From contig MU058065.1 of NCBI GenBank assembly GCA_013265495.1, positions 4,996,976 to 5,060,975 of the forward strand: 64,000 nt of DNA, read 5' to 3'. How positions within the stretch are numbered: position 1 is the first letter of the stretch; the number at the start of each line of letters is the position of its first letter. This DNA comes from Vicugna vicugna. Its lineage: Eukaryota. Shown in pieces: positions 12,393 through 24,761 of this stretch. The position numbers were made by a program, and so were the translations under genes. A model generated the notes under the pieces. That model searched no databases. It worked only from the letters and a program-made list of their open reading frames with translations, and was not told where the DNA came from.

Positions 12393-13194
12393 TTTTGTTT
12401 TAATTTTTCAGTTTTATTAGGTAGAATTGTTACAATTTGACTGCACATATATGATATATTGCATGTAAGTATGTATACATAATATACAGCACAGATTTTT
12501 TTAAATTTACATATATGTACTGTTCATTGTTTCTAAGAATGTGTAGAGCTTTTGCTTTTTAAACTTACATAGTTATCAAAGGAATAAAGCCAACCACAAG
12601 ATAAAAATTAATTAAAAAAAATACATACACCCCACTATTAACAGCAACATTATTTATAATTGCCAAGATACAGAAGCATCTAAAGTGCACATCAATAGGT
12701 GAATGGATAAAGAAGATGCAGCATATATATGTAAGGGAATACAGCTCACTCATAAGAAAGAAGGATATTTTGTCATTTGTGGCCCCTCATTCACTTTTTT
12801 TTCACTTCAAAAACCAGAATTTTAAAACTGGCATAAACATTTCCATTGCATCAAAAACAACAAAATACCCAGAAATAAACTTAACCAAGGAGGTTACCTA
12901 TACTCTGAAACTGTAAAACATTAATGAAGGAAATTGAAGATGATGCAAAGAAGTGGGTAGATACCTTGTGCTCTTGTACTGGAAGCATCAACATTATCAA
13001 AATGGCCACACTACCCAAAGCAGCCTACAGATCCAATGCAACCCCTGTCAAAATGCTCATGACATTCTTCCCAGAGCTAGAACAAACAAGTCCAAAATTT
13101 GTATGGAGCCATAAAAGACCCCAAACTGCCAATGCAATCTTTTGTAGGTCTTTTTTTTTCCCTCTTTCTTCTTTTTGTTCTCTTTTCTTATGTC
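12393..13194. mobile_element. Composite L1-derived insertion flanked by an 11-bp direct repeat
   Basis: accatcatctc at 12382-12392 and 13195-13205. Minus-strand L1-type 3' end and tail at left. Plus-strand ORF2 pieces at about 12597-12783 and 12830-13140 (MKEIEDDAKKW...KMATLPKAAYRSNATPVK...FVWSHKRP). Confidence 0.8.
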
Positions 13195-14679
13195 ACCATC
13201 ATCTCCTGTCCCCATTGTCCCAGCCATGATGTTGCCGAGTTGTCTATTTTCCTCATCTAGCTTCCTAACCCATTATGAGTTAGTGAAGTCACTTAAACTT
13301 CTGTGTGACTAAGGAGGATGATTTTGTCAAGTTTGGGGGGATGTCTTTTCTGCATTTTTCTGAACATTCAAACCTCGTATTTGTGACTTTTGTCTGAAGG
13401 CCTGGGTCACATTCAGGCTCCATTGTATCAGAGAAAGAAGTGGTGGGTTTGCTGAATTTTAGGTGGGAGGGGTTATAATTTTACCACTTACCCTAATTTT
13501 TCGGCACACAGAGTTAGAAGAATCACAAAAGATGAGTCTGTGGAACTTGCCTTGCTGAGTGAGCAACAGCACTGATTCCAGGTTCCAAGCTCGTTGGGCA
13601 GAGGCTACCAGTCTGTAGACTCGATCCCTAGATTGTCTCAAATCCTCTTAAAAAATATATATTCTGGGGGTCTGCACTCAATTGGCAGAAACATTCAAGA
13701 ACATGAAATAAAGTCAGTCTCAAACCATTAACATATACATGAATTGTCAGGATTCTGGCTTGCCTCAAATTACAATTCCTTCTAGAGAGCCTTTCAAATG
13801 GAGAGGCTGCTTATTTGGAAATGAAACAATGGGGGGAAAAAGACAAAAAATATTCAAAGGTGTTTTTGCTTCCCTCAAGGTTCATTTTCATTTCCTTTAT
13901 TCTTTTCTACCTGGAAATTGCTTTAACACCCATTTTTCACCATTACTCTGCTCTTGTTCGGCAGAATCCTAAGCTGGAATGTGTCCCGTATACATGAGCT
14001 GATATGATAGCTGTTAAATCTGACAACACTTTCTCGCCACAAGAAAATATTCATGACTGTTTCCCATGCCAGTGATTCATTTCAATTCTGATATCAAATA
14101 GATTTTGCTTTACACCTCCACTTGTCAAATGCACGCGCTGGTCTTGCTCTAAATTTAAAATCCAGTCAGGGGAATGAAGGAGATAACACCTCTTTTATTG
14201 CAGTTTGGGAAAACAATAAAAATCGTTTTGGATATTGAAATAACCCACGAAGCACTTGAGTGTATTTCACTCTGTGCTTGGAAAATTGCAAACGATATAT
14301 TCCAAGAAACAGATGTCAGCTAAAGACAGTTCAAGCTAGGGCGCCTCGGTAGCCACCGGCACGTTTGCAGATGCTAAACTCAACCGGTGAACCACGAATA
14401 AATGAGCACAAAGAAAACTAATTGCCTAGAGAGGAGTTTCCACTTGCTGTGTCATTAGCTACTTGAAACTCTCTGCAAATGCAACTTGTCTGAAACCCAA
14501 ATTCCAGAATCGAGATCGGACAGATACTGAAGCCAAGGCCAAGGCTGTGTCTGTCTTCTTCTCATGAGCGTCAATCAGGGCAGCCAGGGCTTGGGAGAAA
14601 CCTCACAAATGCACAGCAAATGTGTCGGGGCTAGGCGGTCTGTTTCAGAGAGCTGTCCCTCAGTGCGGGCGGGGGAGTT

Positions 14680-14840
14680 CAGAGCTGCTCAGACTTTAAT
14701 GTGCACGTGAGTCACCTGGGATCCTGACAAAATGCAGATGCCGAGTCAGTAGATCTGGGGCCGAGCCTGAGAATCTGTATTTTAACCAGTTTCCAGATGA
14801 TGCCTGTTCAGCGGGTCCAGGGGCCACGCATTTCACAGTG
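14680..14840. mobile_element. MER5A/B-type hAT element
   Basis: ctcagactttaatgtgcacgtgagtcacctgggatc...aaaatgcagatg...agtagatctgggg...gcctgagaatctgtattttaacc. Confidence 0.8.
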
Positions 14841-17179
14841 GGAGTTCGCTTGGCTAATCACTTGTCTTGCAAGTCAGAAAAACCGAGTTTCCAGGAATCC
14901 ACTGTCTGAGCTCAGGGAACCGCTCAGGGCCTCAGTTTCTCATCTGTGAAGAAGCCGTACTAAGGTTAAAGAGATAATGTTGATATAAAACCTTGAAGAG
15001 AGTTCTGATATGATTGTGATATGAAAATTGTTCTGTGACCAGGTTTGGCTGAACATATTTCAGAGCATGAAAGACATCAGATGAGTGAAGGAATGAGTCT
15101 TAATGCCTGAAAATCAAAAGTTAACAAATAAACCAATCCTATTGGAAGGCAGAACCACAAACGAAAGAACGAGAAGTGTAAGTAAAATGGAAAAAGAACA
15201 AAAAAAAGCCAAGTGTCCCACAAAGAGCCAGTCAAAGGCAAGTCAGACTTCAGGACAGAGGAACAGAGGCTACCTTGAAAAGACCGTATTCTTTACTATC
15301 TGAAGACTGACGACAATTTACAAGGGCAGTTTACAAGGGCAGATCCTTGGAGAGACGTGGAGAAAGAGATGATGTAGCACACAGAGGGAAAACAAACGAT
15401 AAAATAACCTTTGGATGAAACACAACAAATTATTTAAAGTAGATAATAAAAGAAATTGAATCACTTCTTTCTCCAAAATGCTGGGTGAATATTTCATGCA
15501 GTTCTTTTCTTTGGCCTTTCGGCATTGTTTTAAGTACCTGGGACACACAGACAGTACACCTTCTGGTCACTGCCCCATCACATGTCACATATTGCCACCA
15601 AACACGAGATGAAACAAGACACTGAGAATTTCTAACTGCACTAAAGGTTAACACGGAGGCTGTCTGTATTGGATCCTTCTAAGAAAGACAGTTTGTCTTC
15701 AAATCCCCAAACCCTCCTTTGTGACAGGGGACCCCTAGAAGAAATCTGGAGGCAAAAAGGATGGGGGGAAAAATAACCTTTTTTTTTTTTAAATTTTTAA
15801 GTCACTAACTAATTGAATTATATCAGCAAAACTGGAAAGTCCTGCCTATCAGGATTAACAGTCCCTTACACTGCTAGGGTTCTTGAACTTTTCCAAGGTT
15901 GAAGCTACTGATGATTCACTTCTGGGAAGACCCATGGTAACTATTTCAGACCTGTGAACTATCACACCTTCTCAATGTCAGCAGACGCCGGCATCAAGCA
16001 AATACCTTTCCCAAAGGCTGTAAGATTGCACTTTATTTTTGGAGGTGACCATTCTAGCCCCCAAATAGTGACACTTTTGCTGAGCCTGCCAAGAGCCCTG
16101 GCTGAATTTCTTCTAGATAAAGGTACTATCTGCTTAAGACAAACATTACCTGTGAATCAGCTGTTCCTGCACCAGAGGCAGCATCTGAAATCCAACTGGC
16201 TCCTTTGACACGTCTATAGATGCAAACAGAGGGTCACACGGAAAAGGTTTCCAACCCAGGGAGAGCCAGTCAGAGCACGTGCAACACCATCAGTGGTACA
16301 GCCAGGAAGGAGAGATGTACTGCTACTCACAGAGAGAGACAGCAGTCCACGAAGGGTAACTTGACCCTCTAAATTTACCAAGATTCACTCAAGATTCTCC
16401 TGCAGTACCCGCAGACTTTTATCTCTCTGACAACCAAACCCAAGAGGTTTGCCGAAATAGAATTCCAGTGTAGGGAGAAAGAAGCTAAAGAATTACGCAT
16501 TAACAACACCCTTACCCACAGGCAGAACGTATTTTCACCTGCACACATCACAAACTGGAGATCTTAGGTTATTAAAGGTGAAAGAGGCTAATAGCCTTTG
16601 GGATGGCTCTCTGGGGATGCCGATTTGCATAATGAACCTAATACATGGCTACCCCACTCAGCAGTTCTTTGGGATCAGCTACTTGTGGTCTCACATGATA
16701 TTTTTAATTCACTAACTAAATTACTTTGTGGAAGAGTTGTTCATAGCTAATCTCAAAAACTGTATCTACAAATATAATTCATGACTAACTATATTTACCA
16801 ATGAAGGAGCAGCCTAATTGCGAAAGATGGATGGTTTAATTAATCTGTCTTTTGGAAAATCCTAAATTAATGCAAAGCTAAAGATCACCATTGATAAAGA
16901 TTTAAACACTGCTGCGGTTATCCGAATAATCTGAACTCGGAGTCCAGGCCTCTGCCTTGCCCAGGATGGGCCAAAGCCAGGACACCTAGAGCAGGGAGCT
17001 CTCCTCTGTCAAGGGAAGGAAAGCCAAAACTTTTGGCCACAATCTGATTTTCACATTGAGTGGTTGCAGGGCCATTTTATTTAAAATATTTTTAATTATG
17101 AAACTCAAAGTGCAGGAATAAGTTTAGCATAAAAGAAAGGTAGGAGTAAATCGATAACTTTGGTTTACACATTAAGTTC

Positions 17180-17310
17180 TTTTTTTTTTTTCCTTTTGGT
17201 GAGGGGAGGTAATTAGGTTTATTTATTCTTAGAGGAGGTACTGGTGATTGAACCCAGGACCTCACGCATGCTAAGCATGCACTGCACCACTTGAGCTACA
17301 CCCTCCCTCC
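17180..17310 (-). mobile_element. Camelid tRNA-Ala-derived SINE (vic-1 type)
   Basis: Minus strand reads gggagggtgtagctcaagtggtgcagtgcatgcttagcatgcgtgaggtcctgggttcaatcaccagtacctcc...aataaataaacctaattacctcccc plus an A tail. Pol III A and B boxes present. Confidence 0.9.
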
Positions 17311-17449
17311 AGATAATTTTGCTTTAAAAGAGAGAAATGGGGTTACTTGCTACATAGGAACAAGTTAATATTTTGCAGTTAATTCATTGTGCAATTTTTT
17401 CTGGTGTTTTTATTGTGAAATGATTTTACTTTAAAAAACAACTTGTGTT

Positions 17450-17770
17450 GGGGGTGGGGATGAATACGCAGAGCACAGAGGAACTTCAGGGCAGTGTAAA
17501 TACTTTGTACGATATTATAATGATGGATATATGTCATTATACATTGTTCAAACCCAGAGTACGTACCGGACTGAACCCTAAGGTAGACGAGAACTCCGGG
17601 TGATCATGATGCGTCAGTGTAGGTCCGTCAGTGGTAACAAACGTACCACTCTGGTGAGGGATGTTGCTAGTGAGGAAGGCTGTGGGTTGGGGAGAGCGGG
17701 AGGGAGTACAGCAGAGGTCTCTGCTCTTCCCTCTCAATTGACCAAGGAACCAAAACCCACTTTAAAAGTC
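17450..17770 (+). mobile_element. L1MC-type 3' end
   Basis: gatgaatacgcagagcacagaggaacttcagggcagtg...gatatatgtcattatacatt...tgaaccctaagg...acaaacgtaccactctggtg. Confidence 0.85.
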
Positions 17771-17825
17771 CATACGTAAGTAAACTCTTGGTGTGATCTA
17801 AACCTAAAACTTCACAAATAAGAAC

Positions 17826-18040
17826 AGTAATAATAATTCATATTGACTGAATGTTTGTTATGCGCCAGGCACTCTGCTAAGTGCTTTACGTGGATTGATT
17901 CACTTATTTCCCACAAGCTCTCTGTCTCCTAAGTACTGATACTATATCCACTCTGTAGATCTGCGCAGAGAAGGTAAATCATTCGTCCCTGATCACAAAG
18001 CTAGTAAGCGGCAGATCTGGGATTTAAATCCAGACATTGA
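17826..18040 (-). mobile_element. MIR
   Basis: tatgcgccaggcactctgctaagtgctttacgtg...atcacaaagctagtaagcggcagatctgggatttaaatccag. Confidence 0.85.
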
Positions 18041-18749
18041 ATCACTGCGTCTGCTGGGAGCTCTTGCTACAAAAGCAGTGCTTTGGTTTCTCTAGGGCTT
18101 TGCTTCTTTCTGCCTGTGTTTGTTGTACAGAAATCGGCGTGTGTTTATATCAACCTATACCTACATATCTCTTTAAAAAAAAAACAAAAATGTACTGGGC
18201 GCATTCTTGGTGCCTTTTAATGTGTTAGGAGACAAACGTAAGAAGCTCAGTCAAGAGTGCCTCCTTCCCCAAGGATCTCGGCAGCCCCCTGGACACGCCT
18301 CGAAATTGTTACATCACGACCACGACATTCACTGAGTAGCTGTCTCATTGGTGGTTAACTTGTGAAGAGTTATTTTAACCCTGTGTGTATTGTCTAAATT
18401 TAGCTTCTTTGTTTTCTTCATGAATAACTTACCCAACACACCTCATCTTCCAACTCAAAACTTGGGGAACCAGGAAAGGCAAAGTAGCCGTGGAATACAC
18501 AATGCTAACTTTTAGATGAAGACAATTAAAAAATCAGATCACTGCTGCAGAGAAGAGAGAAGGAGTATACAAAAATGGAGTTTTAGGGAGCTGGTCACAA
18601 GGCAGAAAAAAAAAAAGGAGAAAAATGTTTACAAAAGGAGTGGAAAACTGTTAGAATAAATGTGGTCCTCCTAGTGGTGGACCAACTTAGAATCCAAAAT
18701 GCGACAACTTAACTGGTGGAGACAAAATAAGGTAAAAAATTGGAGGTTA

Positions 18750-19420
18750 TTATAGCTTAATCCTCCCTCGCCTTGAATGTGGGCTGGACTTGGTGACTCA
18801 CTTCCAATCAATAGAGTGTGGAAAGGGAAAAATTGTAAATTTACAGTGGAGAAACCTGGCAAAAACAGCCTTAAAGTGATTAAGGTCAAGATCACCAGTG
18901 GTAAAACATGTGGTGAGCACACAGCCCTGATATGATGGGAGGACGCGAAGGGCACTTCACCTCTGTGATATTTTCCCCTAAACCCACCAGCCAGGCTGAT
19001 CACAAGAAAATGACAGGTAAACTCACACCGAGGGACATTCTACAGAATACTTGACCGGGACTCTTCAAAACTGTCAAGATCATGAAAAACAAGAGAAGCC
19101 TTCAGAATTGTCACAGATCAAAGGAGACCAAGAAGACACTGAGGGTATATGCAATGTGGAACCATAGATTGGGTCCTAGAGAGAAAAAAGGACATTGGAC
19201 ATCGGTGGAAAAAAATGGTGAAACCCCAATGAAGTCTGCAGTTTAGTCAGCAGTAACGTACTGATATTCATTCCTTAGTTTTGACAAATGCACTGTGGTT
19301 ATATAAGACGTTCACATTAGAGGAAAATGGGATAATGAATATTGGGAACTCACTGTGCTCTCTTTGCCACTTTTTTTGGTAATTTATAATTATTCCAACA
19401 TAAAAAGTTAATTTAAAAAT
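18750..19420 (+). mobile_element. L1MD/L1MC-type 3' UTR
   Basis: ttacagtggagaaacctggcaa...aggtcaagatcaccagtg...gggacattctacagaatac...ttttgacaaatgcactgtggttatataag...ataaaaagttaatttaaaaa. Confidence 0.85.
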
Positions 19421-20069
19421 AATTGTGGGTTACAATTGCATCTTATTAAAATGATTTTAGAGCGTAAGTTTTTTTTCAATAAACTTTTTAAGAAGATACG
19501 TAATTTTCTACGGTATAAGGAAAATGGTTGGGGGTAGGGGGGAATGCACACCCAGCAGAGCTGAGCTTCAAAAGCATACTGTGTTCAACAAGACTAGTCA
19601 TTATTAGTTACACAGAGGCTTTATGATAAACAGAGACAATACGGTACCTGATCAGCAAGGATAAAAGCTGTGGATACAGGGAAAGCACTTCAGGATGATG
19701 CCTCCCACGTCGGCTGTGTTCTGCTTTTCATTTGTCAGTTGGGTAAATGCTCTAGGCAGCCATTAAGCCCGGGTGAGAGTTCCATAAATTAAAAATGTCT
19801 GCTCAGGGGAATGAGGATGGGAGGAGTAAGGCACAGATTAGGGGACAACTCTGGGCGATGATGAGCAAGAATAAACATATGGAAACCAGTGACCCCAATG
19901 CTGGTCACTAGTAAGCTCCTCGGGCTTCGAAATTGCCAAAGAGGAAAAAGGTGGAAGGCACTTTACAGAGCCGGTTCAAGCCTGTTTCCTCCAGAAATGG
20001 CTGTAGGGAGACTGGATCATGAACAGCTCTTGCCTTTATTAGCTTGTCTCCTCACCTCCCCTTTGACAG

Positions 20070-20235
20070 TTTAGAGCCAGGAATGAGGCTGCGAGCCCTG
20101 GGTGATGGAGATCCCAACTCTGCCACGCACTGGAGTTCTGATATCAGGACATTTTCTTCATCTCTCCAGATCTCAGTTTCTCCAAGTGAGGAGATGAGGA
20201 AGTTATACCTAATCACTTCAAAGGTCTTCCAGGCT
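20070..20235 (+). mobile_element. MIR3/MIRc-type SINE
   Basis: atcccaactctgccac...tctcagtttctc...aatcacttcaaaggtcttccaggct. Confidence 0.55.
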
Positions 20236-20930
20236 GGAAACATTAACCAATATGATGATCACGGACTACTTTTTGCATACAAGCCCCCAGTTTGCAACCC
20301 TTGATTATTACATTCAATGTCATGTAAGTAAGAATGGAGGGAGTCAACACATGTAACTGGGCTGCGTGTGAACCTTGGCTGCATCGACCCCATAAAGGGC
20401 CCGCCATTTTGTTAGCATCTGGGGACATAAGCATCAGGGCCACGCCGTTACTTCCGAGATGTTCTGGGGTGCTGGTTACTTCAGGTGTTTAGTAGTATTT
20501 CATAAAACTTATGTTCCTCTTTTTTGCTTCAATTTGGCATCCAAATCACAAAAATATGAGCCATCCGTACAGAGATAACATAAATTTCCCAATGAAAATA
20601 GAGGTGCAAATTTTCTGAGGGATTAATGATCATTTCATGGCCACGAAACACTGAAGTGGGAATATTAAAGGTGAACTCTGCCCTAACTGCCCTCTCATGG
20701 GGGAAGAAAGCAAGGAGGAGGGGTGAGGAAGAGAGAAAAGGGAGGGTAGTTTTAAGAAAGAAAGAGTCATCTATAGACTAGCCAGCAGCAGTATCTGAAA
20801 TCAGTAAAAAATCAAATTGGCCAAAAAAACAAAAAACAAAACATGGTCATACTGGAAATAGAAAGTAGTTAACCATTTTAGGTTTAAAAAAAAGTAGGGA
20901 GGGCCATCTGAGGAGAACTAAGAGACAGAT

Positions 20931-21043
20931 TAGATGACCAAATCATCCCAGTTTGTCCAGGGCTTTCCCAGTTTGGGCACTGGAAGTTCTGTATCTTGGG
21001 AAACCACCCAGTTGCAGGCAAACGGGGGTGATGGATAACCCTA
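20931..21043. mobile_element. MER81-like hAT-Blackjack element
   Basis: About 113 bp with inverted termini: tagatgaccaaatcatcccagtttgtcc ... ggcaaacgggggtgatggataacccta. Confidence 0.75.
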
Positions 21044-21699
21044 GAAAAAGATTATCATCAAATATTACTCTGTTTTATTTTAAGATGACTCTCACATTGG
21101 AATGGTGACTTTCCCTTCCTAAATTTACTTAAAAGCCAATTAGTTTTGTTCTATATTTATTTTAAGCTGTGTAGAAACTATGGAAACATCTAAATAAGGA
21201 GTAGGGGGAATGGATATATGCATATAAATGGAGATACTCACACATACACATATATATATATATATTTCTCATTCTTAAGAAAATGCAATTATCTCCACCT
21301 TATTCATCACCACCTCATATTGCATAGGCCAGCAAGTAACTGAGACTTACGATCCATCTAATTTTATGGCTGGACCTAGTTTTTAAGACAAAAAACTACA
21401 AAATGTTTTGAAACTGTTTAAAAGCAGCACACATGTAGGAAAGCATGCCTATGTTAACTGCTAATCTGTTCACATACAAATACCACCAGAGCTAAACTAT
21501 TTTTGCACCAATCTGAATTGTTTGACATATACAGAACTATGATAAAGGCAAGCCATTTCATATCTGAAGATAAAATCTATGTTAAAACACAGATGTGACG
21601 AAAGCATTAAGAACAATGAGTTGAATGAATTAAATCATTAAAATTATGCCCATAATATAAGAATGAGGAAGATTTAAGTCTACAAATTGAAATAAATAT

Positions 21700-23065
21700 T
21701 ATTAACAAATAAGACAAAAGCACAGGTCCTCAACTCCTGTTTAAGATCATCTTCTACACCAACTTTCAAATGTGGGTAACAAGCACAATCATCAGGAAAC
21801 TGGAGTTAGAGATGCTAAAAGGTCTAGAAGATATTCAAAAAAAAAGATTTCTTTGCTTGAAATAAATAGAAGTTCTCAGATCCAAACAAGTTAAATATCA
21901 GACTAGCTGAAAAATAAAACAACAACACTTAATACTTAATTTCCTACAAAAAGAAGACAGTCCAGGGGATGAGATGATGGGCAAATACTCCAATGTTTCA
22001 AAATAGAGAAATGAAGTTATGAACTTTCATCAAGCTGAACTTAATGTTGACCAAGCCATTCTGGAACAAAGCTGAAACCAAGGACCCAACATGGACAGTT
22101 GACTAGTTATGCCAAACTAATTTCCATTAAAAAAAAAAAGGAATCATAGGCAGGAGGGTCAAGGAAATACCATACTAAGAACATATTTTGAATTCAGCAA
22201 GTTTGAAATGTTTTGTTTGTGGTTTGCTTTACAAAGTTTCCCTCTGTATCTTTAGCAACAGGAACACACACACACACTCTGGATGAGCTGTAAGCGGCAT
22301 GACTTAATGTTGTTCCTAGAGTCTGTTGATTAATGGATCAATGGCAGACTAATAGGGTGTGGCAGAACTCTGCAATAGACATGGGCTTGTATTTTTCTTA
22401 ATTACAAGTCAAGAGACATCCTTATCGAGTTTGAGTAAGATACACATCTGGTGATGAAATCAGTTTTCCAAAGAACTTGACAAGCTAGAATTAATGGTTC
22501 TGCTGGTTTCTATGAAAGTCCTTCACTTGGGTTCCAGAAAACGACTGCATCAGTGAAGTGCAGCAGATGCCTAATATGACCACGAGATTGTTTATAAAGA
22601 TGCTTGGGAATTCTGGTTGATATCAATCTCTATGAACCAACGGTGTGGCGTGGTTGCCAAGAAAAGCTAATGCCTGCTTAGCCTGCATCAGTTAGAAGAA
22701 TCCTGTTGAAAACAAAGAAGTCACTGTTCTTGAGGTGACAGTCTTCAGTTTAATCTTTGTCATCACATTTGAAGAGAAAGACTTTGATTGACTAAGGCTT
22801 ATCTAGAACAGTGAGACTAGGAGCATGGAGAGTCTAGAAAGTGAGTTAAAGGAGTAATTATTTGGAGGAAAAAAAGATAACTGGAGACAGGGTATAGTAG
22901 AGGCATGATCATTATTTTCAAATATTTGAAATTCCATTTCAAAGAAGGGGGGTTGAACTTACTCCGCAAACCTCCAGAAGACAAAAGTCAGATCAGTAGG
23001 TTGAAGATCTGAATAGGCAAAAATGAGCTCAGTGTGAAAAAGAACTTTCCAGTCATTATAGCTTT
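21700..23065 (+). mobile_element. L3/CR1 LINE remnant covering the RT region
   Basis: CR1-like blocks: aaagcacaggtcctcaactcc, gggcaaatactccaatgtttcaaaa, tatgccaaactaat, attttgaattcagcaag (YLDFSK-like), gtggttgccaagaaaagctaatgc, ttttcaaatatttgaa, tgaaaaagaactttcc. Confidence 0.75.
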
Positions 23066-23099
23066 TTAATAAAAAGAATGAAATAGAAGTATTGCCAAG

Positions 23100-23645
23100 G
23101 GTACAAAAACATGAATATTTTTATATAATTGAAATGGGGGTGGAAATTGGATCATGCTTTCTAAAAAGGCAATCTGGCAATTTATTCAAAAGACTTAAAA
23201 GCCTGTATCCTTTAATTCAGAAATTCCACTTATAGACATTTACCTGCATAATTAGAAATGCTGGAAAAAGCTTAAAGGAAAATTTATTGCAGGTTTTTTT
23301 TTGTAGTAGAGTGCATTTTGAGATATCCTAAATAGCCACTATATATATTCTATATGCATATGGAATATATATTCTACACATGTAAAATGGAATAGTAAGC
23401 TGTTATTTTTAAAGCATATAGCAAAAAAATTTTGTAGAAACAGAAATATTTATAATACATTAGTTGAAAAAGAGATATAAAACTTTTAAACATAGAAAGA
23501 TAGAGAAAAAACTTAATGAAATATGTCAAAATATTAACATTGCTAATTAAGAGTAATTTTTTTCTTCTGCATTTTACTGCTTTTTCCCCAATTTGTCTAA
23601 AATAAAAATACCATATACATTTTGTAATTAAAAACAAACAAGCAA
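23100..23645 (+). mobile_element. Degenerate L1ME-type 3' fragment inserted in the L3
   Basis: ggcaatctggcaattt...tcctttaattcagaaattccacttatagacatttacct...tatacattttgtaattaaaaac. Confidence 0.65.
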
Positions 23646-23764
23646 AAAATCAATAAAGGCACAGAACACGTGTTTTCACATCCCCGGTACCTGTCTCACA
23701 GTAGGAAGACTACATATTTTTGTTGAATAAATGAATAAATTAATTAAATGTTACAAATATTTTA

Positions 23765-23845
23765 TGGAGTGAATTCTCTACGAGAGTTAATAGCGTCCCA
23801 TTACTGGAAATGTTTCAGCAGAAGCTGAATGACTCTCAGCGTATT
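23765..23845 (+). mobile_element. Continuation of the L3/CR1 3' end
   Basis: cccattactggaaatgtttcagcagaagctgaatgac matches the L3 3' segment. Confidence 0.6.
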
Positions 23846-24094
23846 TGAAGGGCACTCTTATTTTGATTTAGATCAGTGGTTTCCAAAAAGAAACACCTGG
23901 AAAAAAAAAAAAAAGAAAGAAAATGCTCCCCCATTTCACAGAACGCAAATTTCCAATCCCCATCCCAGATTTACTGGATCAAAATCTGCAGGAGTCGTTA
24001 AAAGTTGCCTGGGTCTGACAGGGAGGCAGAGATTGGAGATTATTTTCACACATCTGAAAAGCCAACCTGTGGTCCTGATCTGATGGCTATAAGG

Positions 24095-24485
24095 CAGGAT
24101 CCTGCCGCAGTTACTCGGAGCCTTTGCACTGGCTGTTCACTGGCCTGAAACACTCTTCCACCAGATCTGCAGAGCCCTGGTTCCTCCGCATCTTCATTCA
24201 TATGTCGTGCCTCAAGTAGACTCCCACAGATTGCAGCCCTTTCCAAGGGCTCCCACCCACGCGCACCTGCTCTCTTTTTTGCCTCAGCATTTAGCACTTT
24301 CTACAGTATCATTCACTAATTTATTATGTCTATTATTTATGATCTGTCTCTCCCCACCAAAAAGTAAGCTTCACAAAGACAGAAAAAGTGTCTTTTTCAT
24401 TCAGTTAAGCACCCCAGAATAGCGCCAGGCACATAGTAGGTGCCCAATAAATGGCTGTAAATAAAAAGAAATGAATGGATGAATG
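24095..24485 (+). mobile_element. L2a 3' end
   Basis: gcctttgcactggctgttc...gtaagcttcacaaagacag...gccaggcacatagtaggtgcccaataaat...gaatggatgaatg. Confidence 0.85.
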
Positions 24486-24553
24486 TCTGTGGTTCTAGTT
24501 ACAGGTGTTCGGCTGTTGCTTTGTGGTAAGCGATGTTTCGTGTGAGTCTATAC

Positions 24554-24761
24554 CAAGGGTTTGCAAACTTTCTGTAGGAAGGGCCAGATAGACATATCTT
24601 CAGCTTTGGGGGTTGAATGCTCTCTGACGCACCTACTCAACTCAGCCGTCGTAGCACAAAGACAGCCGTAGACAGTACGTAAATAAATGAGAACAGACGT
24701 GTTCGAATGAAACTTTGTTTAAGACAGACTTGGCCCATGGGTCACAGTTCGCTGACCCTTG
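24554..24761 (-). mobile_element. MER58A hAT-Charlie element
   Basis: caagggtttgcaaactttctgt...ctactcaactc...ttggcccatgggtcacagttcgctgacccttg. Confidence 0.85.

Noticed and set aside
15317..15342. Exact 13-bp tandem duplication tttacaagggcag
   Set aside because: An isolated microduplication with no associated element.
16623..16636. Octamer ATTTGCAT as a SOX-OCT composite
   Set aside because: The adjacent bases do not match a SOX half-site.
17225..17307. tRNA-Ala gene
   Set aside because: It continues into a SINE body and A-tail, and the stems are degenerate. It is a SINE, as is 59409-59539.
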